A DNA stretch of 52,584 bases, filler included, from Sphacelaria rigidula (taxonomy: Eukaryota), in assembly GCA_964200075.2 (NCBI GenBank). It is 3 parts of 3 records of this genome, joined end to end, with 100 filler letters (N's around TTAATTAATTAA, not from the genome) between each part and the next. Parts side by side here need not be neighbours in the genome. Positions count along the whole stretch, not along the records: positions 1 to 17,465 come from CAXNAA020001075.1; positions 17,566 to 35,025 come from CAXNAA020001076.1; 1 more part is not named here. One strand, given 5' to 3'. Below the pieces are notes generated by a model. It was not told where the DNA came from and made no database searches. It saw only the letters and a program-made list of their open reading frames with translations. A program made the position numbers and the translations under genes. Shown in pieces: positions 12,349 through 24,343 of the stretch (positions are counted from its first letter, which is position 1; every line of letters begins with the position of its first letter).

Positions 12349-13514
12349 CTGGTGCTGTGGTTCGGCAAAACATTCGTAGCACTACTGTACAATCCAGAAT
12401 CCCTCTTTATTAGGAACCTTCAAATTCCCGACTTTCCGACTGTCCTCATTCCCGATTTTCCGCTTTTCCGATTCTCCGATTCTCGGATTTGTCGATATTC
12501 AAAATAATGGAAATTCGTCCGTTTGCATTCAAACGAAACACTTCTCCGAACACCAACCATAGTGTCGGCGTTTCGCTGGACTGTTTTCTTGAAATACAGA
12601 AACAAACTTTCACTTTCATTGCCTACGACAGACAGTGAAAGTGAGTAAACGAAAGGTGAGAGACTGAAATGCGATACGCACCGTGTTGCCCTACGTATCG
12701 ACCAGAGTGAAAAATAGTGCTGGCGGGTCTGCACGACCCCGAGCTGCGTTTTTAGCGCGTAGCACCAAACATATTCTGAGCAATCTTCAGCTGGCCGACA
12801 ACTTGATTTGCAAGACCGTCGATTATATCAGGGACGGCAGCCGCTAATTTGGTGCTACAAAGATCATCTGACGCCACCTGACAACGGGTCCGGTATTGAG
12901 GACATACGAATACCATTCGCAAAAATATGGCTAGCACTATAGGATTTGGGTGTTCTGTATCTCTCCACGAGTTTTCTCTCTCTATTATCTGTCCATGTGT
13001 ACGGAGCGTCACTTCCTGGAAATTTTAGCGTCGATCATGGATCTCGACAACGTGCAGGGTAATACTCGGTGCTGCAAATTTCAGGCTCAGATGGCTCTAG
13101 TGTTAGTACTGTTTAGCATCAAGAACATAGAGATGCTTGATGCCAAAATGCCAAGCAGTCCATGTCGAATATTGAGGCGTCGAATGTCGAATGTCGGGTG
13201 TCCACGTGTGCAAGGTACGAGATGAACACACTACACGTAGTAACACCAATAAAAAGCAGTTAGAATCACTTCTTTGGCACCATGGAGGAACTGCGTGCGT
13301 GGTGAGTGGTGACATCATCATGTCTAGCATTTTTGGCAGCCGTCGATGGACCATAAATCAAGGTAACGTGACGAAAAATGGGTATTACCCTCAAACATGT
13401 CGCCCTCCGGGGGGGAACTCAGGGCGCCTTTGCTGAGGGTTTGTTGTAAACGGCTGCGCAGCAACCGCAAGGTGTCCAGCCGGAAGCCTATTTCCCATCC
13501 TGACACATACATAC

Positions 13515-13592
13515 CTTGCCCAGGTCGGGTGAAACGTCGAACTCGATTATGTACTCCGGCACTGCCAGAGCGCCATCCAATAAATGCCATTC
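13515..13592 (-). CDS. LRRC9: LRRC9-like exon (EWHLLDGALAVPEYIIEFDVSPDLGK)
   Basis: AAG acceptor and GTATGT donor, 78 nt, phase 0-0. Matches the PARP-like terminal strand motif W.vfD..LvlPEYliEF. Confidence 0.85.
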
Positions 13593-13953
13593 CTTGAGAA
13601 GAAAACACAATTGAAACAATTTCGGGGGGCCAACGTGCGTGAGAAATGACGTAGTCGCGCTTCCGCTGGGCTATCCCATAGAGCTATGCATTGCGCATTG
13701 GTTCGGTGAGTACACCTATACGAAAAAAACTCAGCGGGTACACATTGTCTTGGGGCTCTCATCATCGTCCATCCAACCGAATGAACATAGTCTCCCGACA
13801 ATTCCTCGCAACAAGATCTGCACTAGCGCGGATTACACTCCCTGCGCCCGAATTATTTCCGGCTCTACAGTTCATTGGTGGGATGAGGTAAATGGACGAG
13901 GTACTAATCACCTATAATTGAGTAGGCTATAACGACAGGCAACTCACTCTCAC

Positions 13954-15915
13954 TTGATCCCGTGAATCGCTACTAGCAGAGGCTCTCCCTCTACCCATAC
14001 CACCAGCGCCCGCACCAGCGCCCGCACCAGCGCCCGCACCAGCGCCGCCGCCGCCGTCATCGCTACCGCCACCATTCTCGCCCCCCCCGCCCCGCAGCGA
14101 AGTAATGCACACCGACTTGAAACCCTTGTTCCAAGCGTTTTTCAATACTTTGGGGCAGATGATCCTCGCACCGCACTCTCTATCTCCCTCCGCATCCGCT
14201 TTGCCCCCGGATTCATCGATGATCTGTAGAGTCCGGCCGATGTACACCTTTACCACGAGCACCCTGCAGACGGAGGGCACGATGCTGTCATGTATGTGAG
14301 CACTACTTCCCTCTAAAGGAAGCACCGCAGCCGCAGCACCAGCCGCAGCACCAGTAGCAGCATCAATTTCGCCATCGATGTCAAGGGGTCCCCGGCAGTC
14401 TCTGTGCCCCTCGGTCGACGAAGCGTCAGCCCTGCTTTCCGGGCCTGTTATCCCTGGGATATCGGCCTCACTCAAGTGCGTGGAGAAAACTGTCGCTCCG
14501 GGTACGGATGAGGAGAGCTGCCGCCTTATACTATTTCGCCCGCTGTCCCATTCCCCGGCTGCGGTCGAAGAAGTTGCGTCCACCGCCTCCGTGTTCAACT
14601 GCAGCCGAGACGTTGTGTGTGTCCTCTCGGTCGCAGCACGTGATTGATCCGCTGCAACCTCGGCCTCGGTGCCCTCGAGAGCGGCTTCACTCCAGTCGGC
14701 AACGGGAAAACCATCCTCGGCGAGTTTGAGGAGGTCTGCCTGCTGCTGATGATGATGATGATGACTTCTCACGCCGCAACAGCGGGTGTTATCTTGATAT
14801 ATATTCCGGCTACTACTACTCCTGTGAAATAACCCGTTTTGTCCGCTGCGACTACTCCCAGCCCCGCCCGTACGCCCCGTGAAGAAAAGATACTCGAGGC
14901 TTCGCATTCTCGGGGCACCACGGTCTTCGCCGCCGGCTGGGGGGGCGAAGGACGAGGAGGACGAGGAGGATGAGGAGGATGAGGAGGAGGATAATGCAGA
15001 CGACGATCGCTTGGTAATACTAGTGCTGGTGCTACTCCCGGTCGTGCTCTGTTTTTGCTCTTTTTTGGCTGTTGGTGAACTGATCGCCGAGTTCCGGGCG
15101 ACGACGCTGACTGCCGAATAGACCTGACCGGTGCGTGTGCTGCTGTTCGCCATGCTGCTCATGCCTCCGCCGACGCCGCTACCTTCTTCGCCGCCACCGG
15201 CGTTGTCATCGCGACTAACGTTGCCGCTGTAAGTGGACTTAGTTGGAATTGACTCTCGTGAAGTAGTAACGGCATCGCAATTATCACTCAGCGAAAACGA
15301 CAAACCGCCCGAGAACGGTGGGGCCACCGACACATTTTCGTCACCTACTATTACTCGTGAGAGCGTTGAGGCATTGCTGGCTTCCGATCCACGTTTGGGC
15401 CAATTTCTTGTGTTTGCTGTTATTGACAAGGATGCTTCTGCGCCTCGAGGAGCTGCTGCTGCCACCTCACCCGCCGTTGAATCCGCACTACCCCCCGCCG
15501 TCGACGCCACAGGCGGTGATGTCGTACAACGACTATTGCTGTAAATTGGTGTTTGCGTTGTAAGCACCGACGACGACGCTGAAACAGACACATCGACATC
15601 TTTTGTCGTAGATCCCTCTGCTACAGACTGAACATCGTCCCCTGGCCGCCGTCCTCCCGCGGTCGATACTGATGACCTTGACAGTAGTGCCGAGGCATCT
15701 GTTCCGCGCCCGTCTCCGCCTCTGCTGCAGTCGCCGCAGTCGCTGCCGCCGCCCCCCGCCGGCGAACAATTTCCGCAATTTTTCGTGTCGTCTGCAACGA
15801 CCTCCCGCATTCGGCGCTCGAACCGATTTTTCAGGAACCTGTTGTGGATTCGAATGACTCGGGACACTTTGATGCCGTGCACGCATCCCCCATCCCTCTC
15901 CCCCTTTGCAGTCCT
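13954..15915 (-). CDS. LRRC9: LRRC9-like, 1962-nt exon carrying the PARP-like domain interrupted by Ser/Gly/Ala-rich inserts
   Basis: Inside ORF 13927..15960. Acceptor tcgcag|AGG, donor CAA|GTGAGA. Motifs KVSRVIRIHNRFLKNRFERR, RSLEYLFF, LAEDGF, VFSTHLSEADIP and RVLVVKVYIG occur in LRRC9 order. Confidence 0.85.
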
Positions 15916-16317
15916 CTGCGATCGAAAGAAGAGAGTGCGACATGTGATCGACACAATCATCTAGAAGCGGCAACTAGCGACGGCGGATGAACTGTGTGAT
16001 TACGAGTAGAATATTTCGGTTTTCAAATAGGCGGGCGCCCAGACGAAGCACCTGATCTTCCTACGCACCGCACAACAGTGAGACAGAAGAAGCACTACGC
16101 CTCAACCGCATGTACTTTTCACGCCGCGGTTCATTCACTGCACAATCGAAAATGATTATGTTAACCCAAGGACATTCTGTTCTAGTAGTATTCTGCCTCT
16201 CTCCCAGGACCCCAGCCGAGTAGCTGACTATATTTTCGAAGCTAGTCCCGTCCGATTGTCATACTTGTCATACAGTATTCGTTTCCCGCCAGTCGTGTCG
16301 TCTGTTCACCAACTCAC

Positions 16318-16359
16318 ACTCGATCTCGACAGATTCGAGGTGCATATGAATCCCGACAC
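16318..16359 (-). CDS. LRRC9: LRRC9-like, possible 42-nt mini-exon (VSGFICTSNLSRSS)
   Basis: CAG acceptor and GTGAGT donor, phase 0-0. No conserved motif, and the upstream intron would be only about 65 nt. Confidence 0.4.
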
Positions 16360-16424
16360 CTGTGCCCACACACAAAATGCCAATCTTAGAGAAAATGTCG
16401 AAATTATTGCCCGACACACCTCAC

Positions 16425-16580
16425 CACGCGTGACTTGACGAGATCGGCGCACGACGAAAACCAAACATCCCCCGGACGCCCCTCCTCGAACCGAAGGTTG
16501 CCCCCGGTATCGAACTCCAACATAAGCTCCGAAACAGCTTGCTGACAGGCCCGCCCTACAACCTCTTTGAATGCGCTCAG
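16425..16580 (-). CDS. LRRC9: LRRC9-like protein, internal exon (LSAFKEVVGRACQQAVSELMLEFDTGGNLRFEEGRPGDVWFSSCADLVKSRV)
   Basis: TAG acceptor and GTGAGG donor, 156 nt, phase 0-0. The peptide matches the recalled LRRC9 motif ELETGGNIRxEEGxPxDVWFSSCxDLVxSR. Not in the ORF track. Confidence 0.85.
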
Positions 16581-17465
16581 CTATGCGTGCCAAGTATCGT
16601 GTGCGTAATGTTTCAGTGGAAGGAAAATGGGGCGGGGAAGGGGGGAGGGAGGAGGTATTGGTGCAATGAAAATATTCCATGGGTCGTGAGAACAGGTACG
16701 GAGGGTCAGAATGGGGAGGCAGGCTGTAGATTTTACGTTGATCATCGCTTGAAAAGTAGTTCCATTAATATGTCTACTCACAGTTGATAAAATCGTATGG
16801 GTGACCATGTATGATGGACGAATCACAACTACCACTTGACTTGCAAGTACGGTCTACAAAAGCCTGATTTATAGGTGGTATGGCTTATTTACCCTACTGT
16901 TGTCGGCGAGTAATCGTGTCCACAGTTGTGTCTTTTGCGGTGCATGGCTGGCTGAGGCATCTAGCTACACGATCGGAAAGTTTGGTTAACCTACTCCTGT
17001 CTGATCTTTGCCTGGAGGGCTACCGCGTATGCTAAAGAAGCTGTCGTCTGGGTTCATCTGCAATGACGAAGACAACATAACATGTGTCTACAAAGCATAT
17101 ACCAACAGAATTTTCACCTCGTGCTGGTCAATTGCACACCGTACATTTCGCGTCGCACGCAGTGGAAAGCAACATGTTTTTCTCTCAGCAGTTTTGTACC
17201 TGGTTGTCGGACCCTACTGCTTCTTGGAAGCTTTCATCTAGCGTGTGCGGATAAGATGCTGCTCTATATAGTGACAAGCGATGATTATCATACATACTTT
17301 TGCGGTGGGAACCTTTCTCCACAAAAAAAAAAGAGCTCACGACACTTTCTACGACAGCCCCTCCCCAAAACCAGCCTTTAGCCTGGTCCGGCGAGAACCC
17401 GGCGTGCTCCGTCCCGGCTTTGTAGGGGCGGACCCCCGATGGGGTTGGTGTCGCTTGGCGATGAC

Positions 17466-17565
17466 NNNNNNNNNNNNNNNNNNNNNNNNNNNNNNNNNNN
17501 NNNNNNNNNTTAATTAATTAANNNNNNNNNNNNNNNNNNNNNNNNNNNNNNNNNNNNNNNNNNNN
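17466..17565. other. Scaffold gap with an artificial TTAATTAATTAA linker
   Basis: 100 nt of N-run/TTAATTAATTAA/N-run, the same layout as the second gap. Confidence 0.95.
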
Positions 17566-18626
17566 TCCGTCCCGGCTCCGTAGGGATGCGAGGTCAATGG
17601 TCTGATGACTACGGCATGCATGATCATGAGCACCCCCCCTCCACCCACTCCTCTCCTCGGGACGAGTTCGAAGCCCCCAGAGATCAACCCATCTCCCTCT
17701 CTCGGTACCTACTCTCCAGGCCATGATTGAGTAGTGAGTACTGGATGATGACCAATCCCGCAGTTCGCCCATCCGTTCGTCCGTCCACTTCTTACTTTTT
17801 AGTCAACTCACGTACGACCTCAAGTTTTGAGGCGACGCAAAAAACAACAAAATCGACCGTCAATAGTGTACTATCTGGTACTGTACTACTACTGTACTAA
17901 AAGTGATAGGTGTTCTACTACTGTCAGGTTTCGATACCCCGCAAGATTCGCTCGAATTAGTCCTGTATCACTTCGACCAACGGGACGGAGCGGACTGCTG
18001 ATACTATTGCAGTGCTGGGTACGTAGGCGGCGCTTCGATCGTCACGTGTCATGCGGTGATGTGTTCAACGGCAAACAAACGCGACACCTCAGTCGTGCTC
18101 CACCACATTTTTTCCCAACGCCACAGAACTCACAGGACAATTCAACTTTTCGTTTTCATCGTCATTCAGCTAGTCTTCAGGCAAGAGGAGGAGTTGAATT
18201 GCGTGCCACGTACTGTCTGATGGCAGTTGACTACTTTTTCAACTCTTATGGAAAAGCATGATTCTGAGTACCAAGGGCGCACGGGGGTAGTGATACATAC
18301 AGTAGGCACTAATGCAGTCAAGAGGTGGTGAACTGTGCCCGAAAGTACAAATGTAAGACTGGAGTTGAAGCTAAAGTAGAAATCGGACTCGGGTGTTTCC
18401 ACATATTTTCAGCAAATCGTCCAAAATCTCGTGTTACCGCCAAAAAGACTTGTAATCCATGGAAGAGACTCATTACCAGGAGGCAGGAAGGAAACAGAAT
18501 TGCTGCACAGTTCCAAGTTTTGAAACGCCCCATGATACGGTACACTGTGCAAAAATCGGTGAAAAGTGAATAAACAACCAACGTGGAAAACAGTGGTTGA
18601 ACGGCCACGAAGATGGGAAATCCCCA

Positions 18627-19758
18627 CGAGCTGGGCCAGCCTAGAAACGGATTTAAGCTCTCAAAGCAATATCTTGTCGACACAGACGAGTTGGGCCATG
18701 ATCCTCATATCGCATTAATCGTCCAATCAAGGGGAAGGTGGCCATCTGCTCAAAAGTCGGGGCCGATATATTTTCGTTGATTAAACTCCATGTCTAGTAA
18801 TTCCTATACCTAACGGAGATAGCGTCCATTTTAATCGTTACGAAACCCCCCATCGATACATTCAGCGGGTGACGACGATTTTTGGTGTGGATATTCCCTG
18901 GAGCACGGGGAGACGTAATATACCCTCACCATATACTCGAGATATGGCGCCATAAGTTTACATACTAAAATCAATATATTACGAGCAGAGGCACGAGATG
19001 AACTAAATCTGGATATCGCGTCTCAGTTTTTGAGAGTTATGCTATGAAATTTCGTATGAAGAACCGATGGTGCATAATGAAGCTAAAAAACAGCTTTTTC
19101 ATTTTCCCGGGGTTTTTTTCTCGTTTATAGGGCAGTTTCGAAGAGAAATGAACACTGCTTTAGGGCCTCCTCTAACTTTTTAGCTCAACTTTTATGCCGA
19201 AAAAAACAAAAGAGCCCTCAATTACTTTTTTTCTGTGGGAGCTTCGGGCGTTCTCGTTAAACAATGATCGCTTCCATACTAAAACGCCCTAAGCCCGTGA
19301 AGAAAAAAAATAAGTCAACTTGACGCACTTTGTTTTGTCAACTACGCCCTAGCGAGGGACCACACAAAATTTCAATTACACAAAAACCAAACCCGGGCCG
19401 GTGAGTGGCCTGCGAAATACTGTTCCGAATTACTACCGACCCAGTCTTCAAACTGCCCATTCGCCGGCCAATATTTAGAGTTGGAGCGTAAATTTTGGTA
19501 TGAACAATGCATAGGGCTTGAAAAAAACGAGTGCACCATTTTTTTTTTCATGAGTCAAGGGCAATAATCAATTTTCAGATATCAGTAAAATGCCCTCAAC
19601 CTGATGGAGAAGAAAAAAAAAAAATGGTGCACTCGTAATTTTTTCTATGATGCCCTGCTCGTATTCTTTGTCTTATCAATTTTTAGGGTCCAACTCTAAA
19701 TATTGGCCGACGAATGGGCCTGCAAACTGTAAATTCGCTTCTAGGCTGGCCCAGCTCG
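18627..19758. mobile_element. Non-autonomous TIR element (~1.13 kb) with an internal fold-back
   Basis: TIR CGAGCTGGGCCAGCCTAGAA / TTCTAGGCTGGCCCAGCTCG with flanks CA and TA. ORF-poor. Internal inverted repeat at 19455-19719. Confidence 0.75.
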
Positions 19759-20090
19759 TACCCACATGATGCTGAGCCAATTAGACACGCATTTTTCGGA
19801 ACTATTTTCCATACGTACCCCACGGTGATCTAAACGGCAGAAAACAAAACAAAACGCCTCAAGTTAGTGCTGTAACATATGCACACAATGCGATACTGTA
19901 CGGTACGGTACGGTACGGTACGGTACGGTACGTATACGATGGGTGTACACTGACAAAAAAACATGAACTTAAAGATGGCAACACTAGTACGGTAGGTAGC
20001 CCTGGCTGCGTGCCGTAGGTCATGTTCCAGGATGACACTACCGAGCGAAGCATTTTTCGGCTCATTTTTGCACCGTACCGGCACCTAGAG

Positions 20091-20226
20091 TAAAAAAAAT
20101 GCTCCTGTTTTGGTCTTCTTACTGTGTGACCACGGCTGATGCTCCATCGTATACCGAAAGGGGTAGACTCGTGTCCAGAGTAGATGGGATGACAACACGC
20201 ACAACATACACAACGGCACCTACACA
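20091..20226 (+). mobile_element. 5'-truncated copy of the SINE at 28361
   Basis: Shares ctgtgtgacc.cggctgatgctcc...ataccgaaa...tagatgggatgacaacacgca with 28629-28708. Confidence 0.75.
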
Positions 20227-20374
20227 ACTGTACCGGGGTACGTTGGATAACACCCCGTAGATACTACCCCCCGGGTGGGTGATGCGCCTTTGGGTCCTGA
20301 AACCTCACCATTGGGTGCCCATCCATACATCACTTCACTGGAGTACTGCAGTAATGATGAAATTCTTTCATTAC

Positions 20375-20491
20375 CTTAGGTTGAAAGAGAAGTTGAACTG
20401 CCATGTACAGGCCCCATTTTCTGGCAGCTCTCCTTTTTCGTTCACGAAAGACAGTCCCAGCTGGATCATCTTGAGCATATCCACGTTACAC
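20375..20491 (-). CDS. CAF1: CAF1/CNOT7 exon ([38 protein letters not shown]); downstream exons not found
   Basis: CNVDxLKxIQLG and TWQFNFxF motifs. AAG acceptor and GTAATG donor, phase 2-2. Confidence 0.95.
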
Positions 20492-21582
20492 CTTCCAAGG
20501 TCCATCACAAGGAAGATGACAAAACGCGAGAGAAAAAAACAAACAAATGAAACAAATGGTACCGTGTTGGTCGTGTGAAAGGTGAACGGGGAACGCTATG
20601 TGGATTACAAACAGTTTTTGTCGATTTCACGCATATTGTTGTACCCAAGTTTTCCCGATAAATAACGACCGGAACCTCGCAAGTTAAACGGGAACTATCA
20701 CGATGACCGGAATACACAAACACTACGTGGCACCCTCTTCGTCTCATGCGTACTGAGCGGGGAACGCTATGCGGGCAAGGTACTTCTCATCGACTTCATT
20801 CAAGGCAGCATCCAAATTCCACCAACGAAAAACATCCGATCGGAGGATAAGAGCAAAGCGGCAAGAAAACAAACCATCGTTTTCGTCCGCCTGCTTCTTC
20901 CATGGGCAACTTGTGAGCATAGCTCGTACCCCCCGTTTCACCTCAAAACAAGAAAGAGGTGTGATTATATCTGCCTCATCAGCAGGTGAATACAACCCAA
21001 TGCCCGATCAACAGTTCCAGTAGTGGATCATGTTCAGCACAAGCGGTACTAGGCCCGGATAAAACCCAGCAACACGCACAGCACCGAAGACGCCGCAGAT
21101 GCTTGTTTAAAGCAGGGAGGCACACACGCACATATATTTGCTTCTTGGAAGATTCATCTCGACTGCATGCACTCTTGTGTTCCCAACCGCCAACCAGTCC
21201 TCCCCTTTGCATGTTCCAATACAGGGAGGGGCACAGTGTTGTAGCATTCAAAGCGCGGCATGCACTCTTTCGTCTACATGTAGCTACAGGGCTACAACAC
21301 ACATCCTTCACTCGAAGATGGCGGCACCTTTAACTTCGACTGCATGCATTACCGCCTCCTCCACCGTCCGCATTCCAGCGACACAGACGCACAGACACAC
21401 ACAGCGGCAACTACTGCCGTCACAGTTGTCGCGAAGAAATGTCGGAGAGAAACAACGTTGGTACCGCCCTGCTAAACATGCACGGCAGAGTACAAAATGC
21501 CATACGGCACAGTACAGTACAGTACAGTACAGTACAGTACAGTATAGTCGCTAGCTTACAGTATAGTCACTAGCTCACGCAC

Positions 21583-21659
21583 CTGAGTGTCTGGTATTGA
21601 AAGTCTGGCTGGTTGAAGTCACCTACGGGTCGTGCCACGATGCCAGGAAACTCGGTATC
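21583..21659 (-). CDS. CAF1: CAF1/CNOT7 exon (DTEFPGIVARPVGDFNQPDFQYQTL)
   Basis: Catalytic DTEFPG motif. CAG acceptor and GTGCGT donor, phase 0-2. Confidence 0.95.
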
Positions 21660-22922
21660 CTGAACATGAACAACGACCAAAATATATCACGGACAGAATA
21701 TAGTGAGTACAAAATTGTCGGAAGAGCAATTTGCATTGCACATGACGAAACGCACGACGTGAAAAAAAATGGATGGTGATTACGTGAATCATAACATAAA
21801 CAAAAAAAATACGTCACTACTTGAAAAAGCAAAAAAAAAAAACAGTCATGGATATATGGGAGGGGGGTGTACTCATTATCATGCATGCCATAGTCATAAG
21901 ACCATTGACCTCGCATCCCTCCTATGGGGGGGGAGTTTCCGAGATACGATGACGGACAATGGCGAAAAACGCCACAAAAACACAAAAACGACCGTGACGC
22001 ATTCCAGCCAGTCCAACCGACGCGTGTGTATCATAGAGTGAGGTCCGCGAAAATAGATCAGTGTCGTGGAAATGCAAAGGGTAAGCGAGGGACGGCAGAA
22101 ATCTCTTGTAAAATTGCATCAATCATATCCTGCGCTGGAATCCACCAATAGGATTGCAGGCGCACGTGGATTTTGAGCACATCAGTACAGTTGGGGTGCC
22201 AGGTGAAAAAATGTCACGAAAACATTCCTTGCGACCTTTTGCTTCCACGTCTTCCGAAAAAACGAACACCCACATCCACACACACGCACCCATTCCTAGA
22301 TGAATTGATGCTGATGCTGCACGTCCGTCTGTGCGTCTCCTCGCGAGATACCTTAGATATCCAATCGGTCACCGTTCCTTTTACTATCCGTATTCACTCT
22401 CTATCCCAGCAGGGAAAGCAACAGCAAGACACGCAGAGAACGGTGGCCGGCTACTTGCAGCCCGTACCGCACGTCTCGAAGTACAGTCAGTCTCACTCTC
22501 ACTCGAGGCGATCTAAAATCTAATCAAATCTGACCCAGTTCGATTCCCTCTCCATCAACAAGCCCTCGCACAGCACAACATATCCCACGTAGCGAGCAGC
22601 ACCCCAAGCCCGATTCTCTGACATATGGACACGCCCCACGCACTGCACAAATGTCCCGCGTAGCGCAAAATAACTTGATATCTTAACAAAGACACAACTT
22701 TTCACACCGTCGGACAGCTCATGAGCTCCCTGAATATTACGTCTTGTAATCTTTCTTCTTTTCTTTATTTCATTTTTTTTCCTGTTCTTGTTTTTTTTTT
22801 CTGTTCCGTTTCATTTTTTTTTCTTCTTTTTTTTCTTAGAACGTGTTTCAGTTTCGTTTTTCTTGGGTACGTCTATCATGAGGCCATGGCTGGACCCCTG
22901 GGGGGTCAGTTCAAGTGCGACA

Positions 22923-22953
22923 ATCAAATCAAATCAAATCAAATCAAATCAAA
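22923..22953. repeat. (AAATC)n microsatellite
   Basis: Seen directly. Other short pentamer runs lie near 19898 (TACGG), 21511 (AGTAC), 25768 (CAGCA) and 51264 (CTGTC). Confidence 0.9.
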
Positions 22954-23635
22954 ATTAGTGTACTGGTCTGGATCATGAGCTATAATAGCTCGTTGGCCCC
23001 CTTTCCCCACGTTTGCTCCCTACAGCGCTGGACACCGCGCACGCCGAGCAGCGCAAAGGTAACGCTTCGACTTCTCGGACCCCGCTGTCACGTATGTTAT
23101 GTTCTTGGACAACGGGTCAAAACATCATCTTGCAATAGTTGTGTTGAGTAGGTCATGAGCTATACGACGTGTGCAACGTTTGCCAGAGGTGTGCACAGGG
23201 GTGGTCCCCGCACTTCTGCGGGAATAACACGGTGGCGTTTTAAAAACGCTCTGAGCCACGTGCTCTGGACACGAGGGGCGAGCAACAACACCAAAATGCA
23301 TCTTGATTGATCAGAACCAATTCCCTGCGTTCGGGGAGCGTACGGTCGGACGAATTACATCCCTGCCAGAGTCAGGTTTTGGCGTGGAGAGTGCATGAGT
23401 GTTTTCTTTGAGACACCAAAATGTTTAGGGCCGAACCCCGTCAAACTCGCGATATCTTTATTAGCATAGCACAGCACCAACACAGCGCCGAAATCTGAAC
23501 GTGCAGAAAAGAACACACCTCGGAGAAAATGGTTATAATTATATTTTCAACCAGTCGTACCACACATGGGCAGTAGTTGGCAGATAGAGAACAACTACGG
23601 GGCGACATGTTCGGCCGCGCGGATGTCTAGCTCAC

Positions 23636-23763
23636 CATGGCCACGTAGGGATACCGCTCCACCATCTCCCTGATGACTACCATCTCTCGCTCCAAGTTGT
23701 GCGCCCACACGTTTCTGATCTCCACGAATCGACCGTCAGGCGTGCGGTGCTTTTCCGATACAG
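23636..23763 (-). CDS. CAF1: CAF1/CNOT7 exon (VSEKHRTPDGRFVEIRNVWAHNLEREMVVIREMVERYPYVAM)
   Basis: Canonical CAF1 N-terminal motif IRxVWxxNLxxEMxxIRxxVxxYPYVAM. CAG acceptor and GTGAGC donor, phase 1-0. Confidence 0.95.
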
Positions 23764-24142
23764 CTGTAGCAGCGCAGAAAAATAGCACAGTGCAACATAA
23801 TAGAGGGGCGTATGGAAGGATCCCGGAAACGACAGCAAAAAAAAAAAACGAGGGCCGGCGAAGCGCGGAGCGAAGCAGAACGGGCGAAATGGAAGGTGAA
23901 TATAACATGTTCCGTGTCCATCACCCACAGGTGCATTGAAAAAATATATTTTGCAACCGCTCCCCCTCTTCCCCCCCTCGTTCACCATGACGAAAGGACG
24001 CTGCACGCCTACTTGCCAAAAACTCAATTCTTCACGTCACTCCCTCTAACCGTCCATGAATGACCAACAAGGACCATAGTACGCATACAAAACCCATGGT
24101 CCACAATACGGGGCTGTCAGTCAGTGAGCAAGAATCTTGCAA

Positions 24143-24343
24143 GGGCACGTCGAGTAGAGTATACTTCATTGCGGGGTACTGTGAAAGGAGTACTTGAGAT
24201 ACTCAATTTAGGGTAGAGTGTTAGGAGAAGTACCCAAGAAATAACTACAAATCGATCCCTAAAACCCTACCCCCAATTTGTGTACTTCAAGTACGTTTTT
24301 TTCAAAATACCCCGCAATTGAGTATACTCTACTCGACCTGCCC
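24143..24343. mobile_element. 201-bp hairpin MITE in a CAF1 intron
   Basis: GGGCACGTCGAGTAGAGTATACT / AGTATACTCTACTCGACCTGCCC, with imperfect arms of about 80 bp. No clean TSD. Confidence 0.85.

Noticed and set aside
12752-12877. Extra LRRC9-like exon (VASDDLCSTKL...)
   Set aside because: There is an acceptor but no convincing donor before the stop, and no recognisable motif.
17510-17521. TTAATTAATTAA between N-runs (also at 35070-35081)
   Set aside because: Identical layout in both gaps with stops in all frames. It is an assembly linker, not biology.
17590-17640. Hammerhead ribozyme suggested by CTGATGA in the type-B tail
   Set aside because: No GAAA after a stem II, and CTGATGA is not conserved in other copies (cttatga, ctgataa, cttatgg).
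16425-20491. CAF1-LRRC9 fusion gene
   Set aside because: The last CAF1 exon ends in phase 2 and the first LRRC9-like exon starts in phase 0. An assembly gap lies between them.
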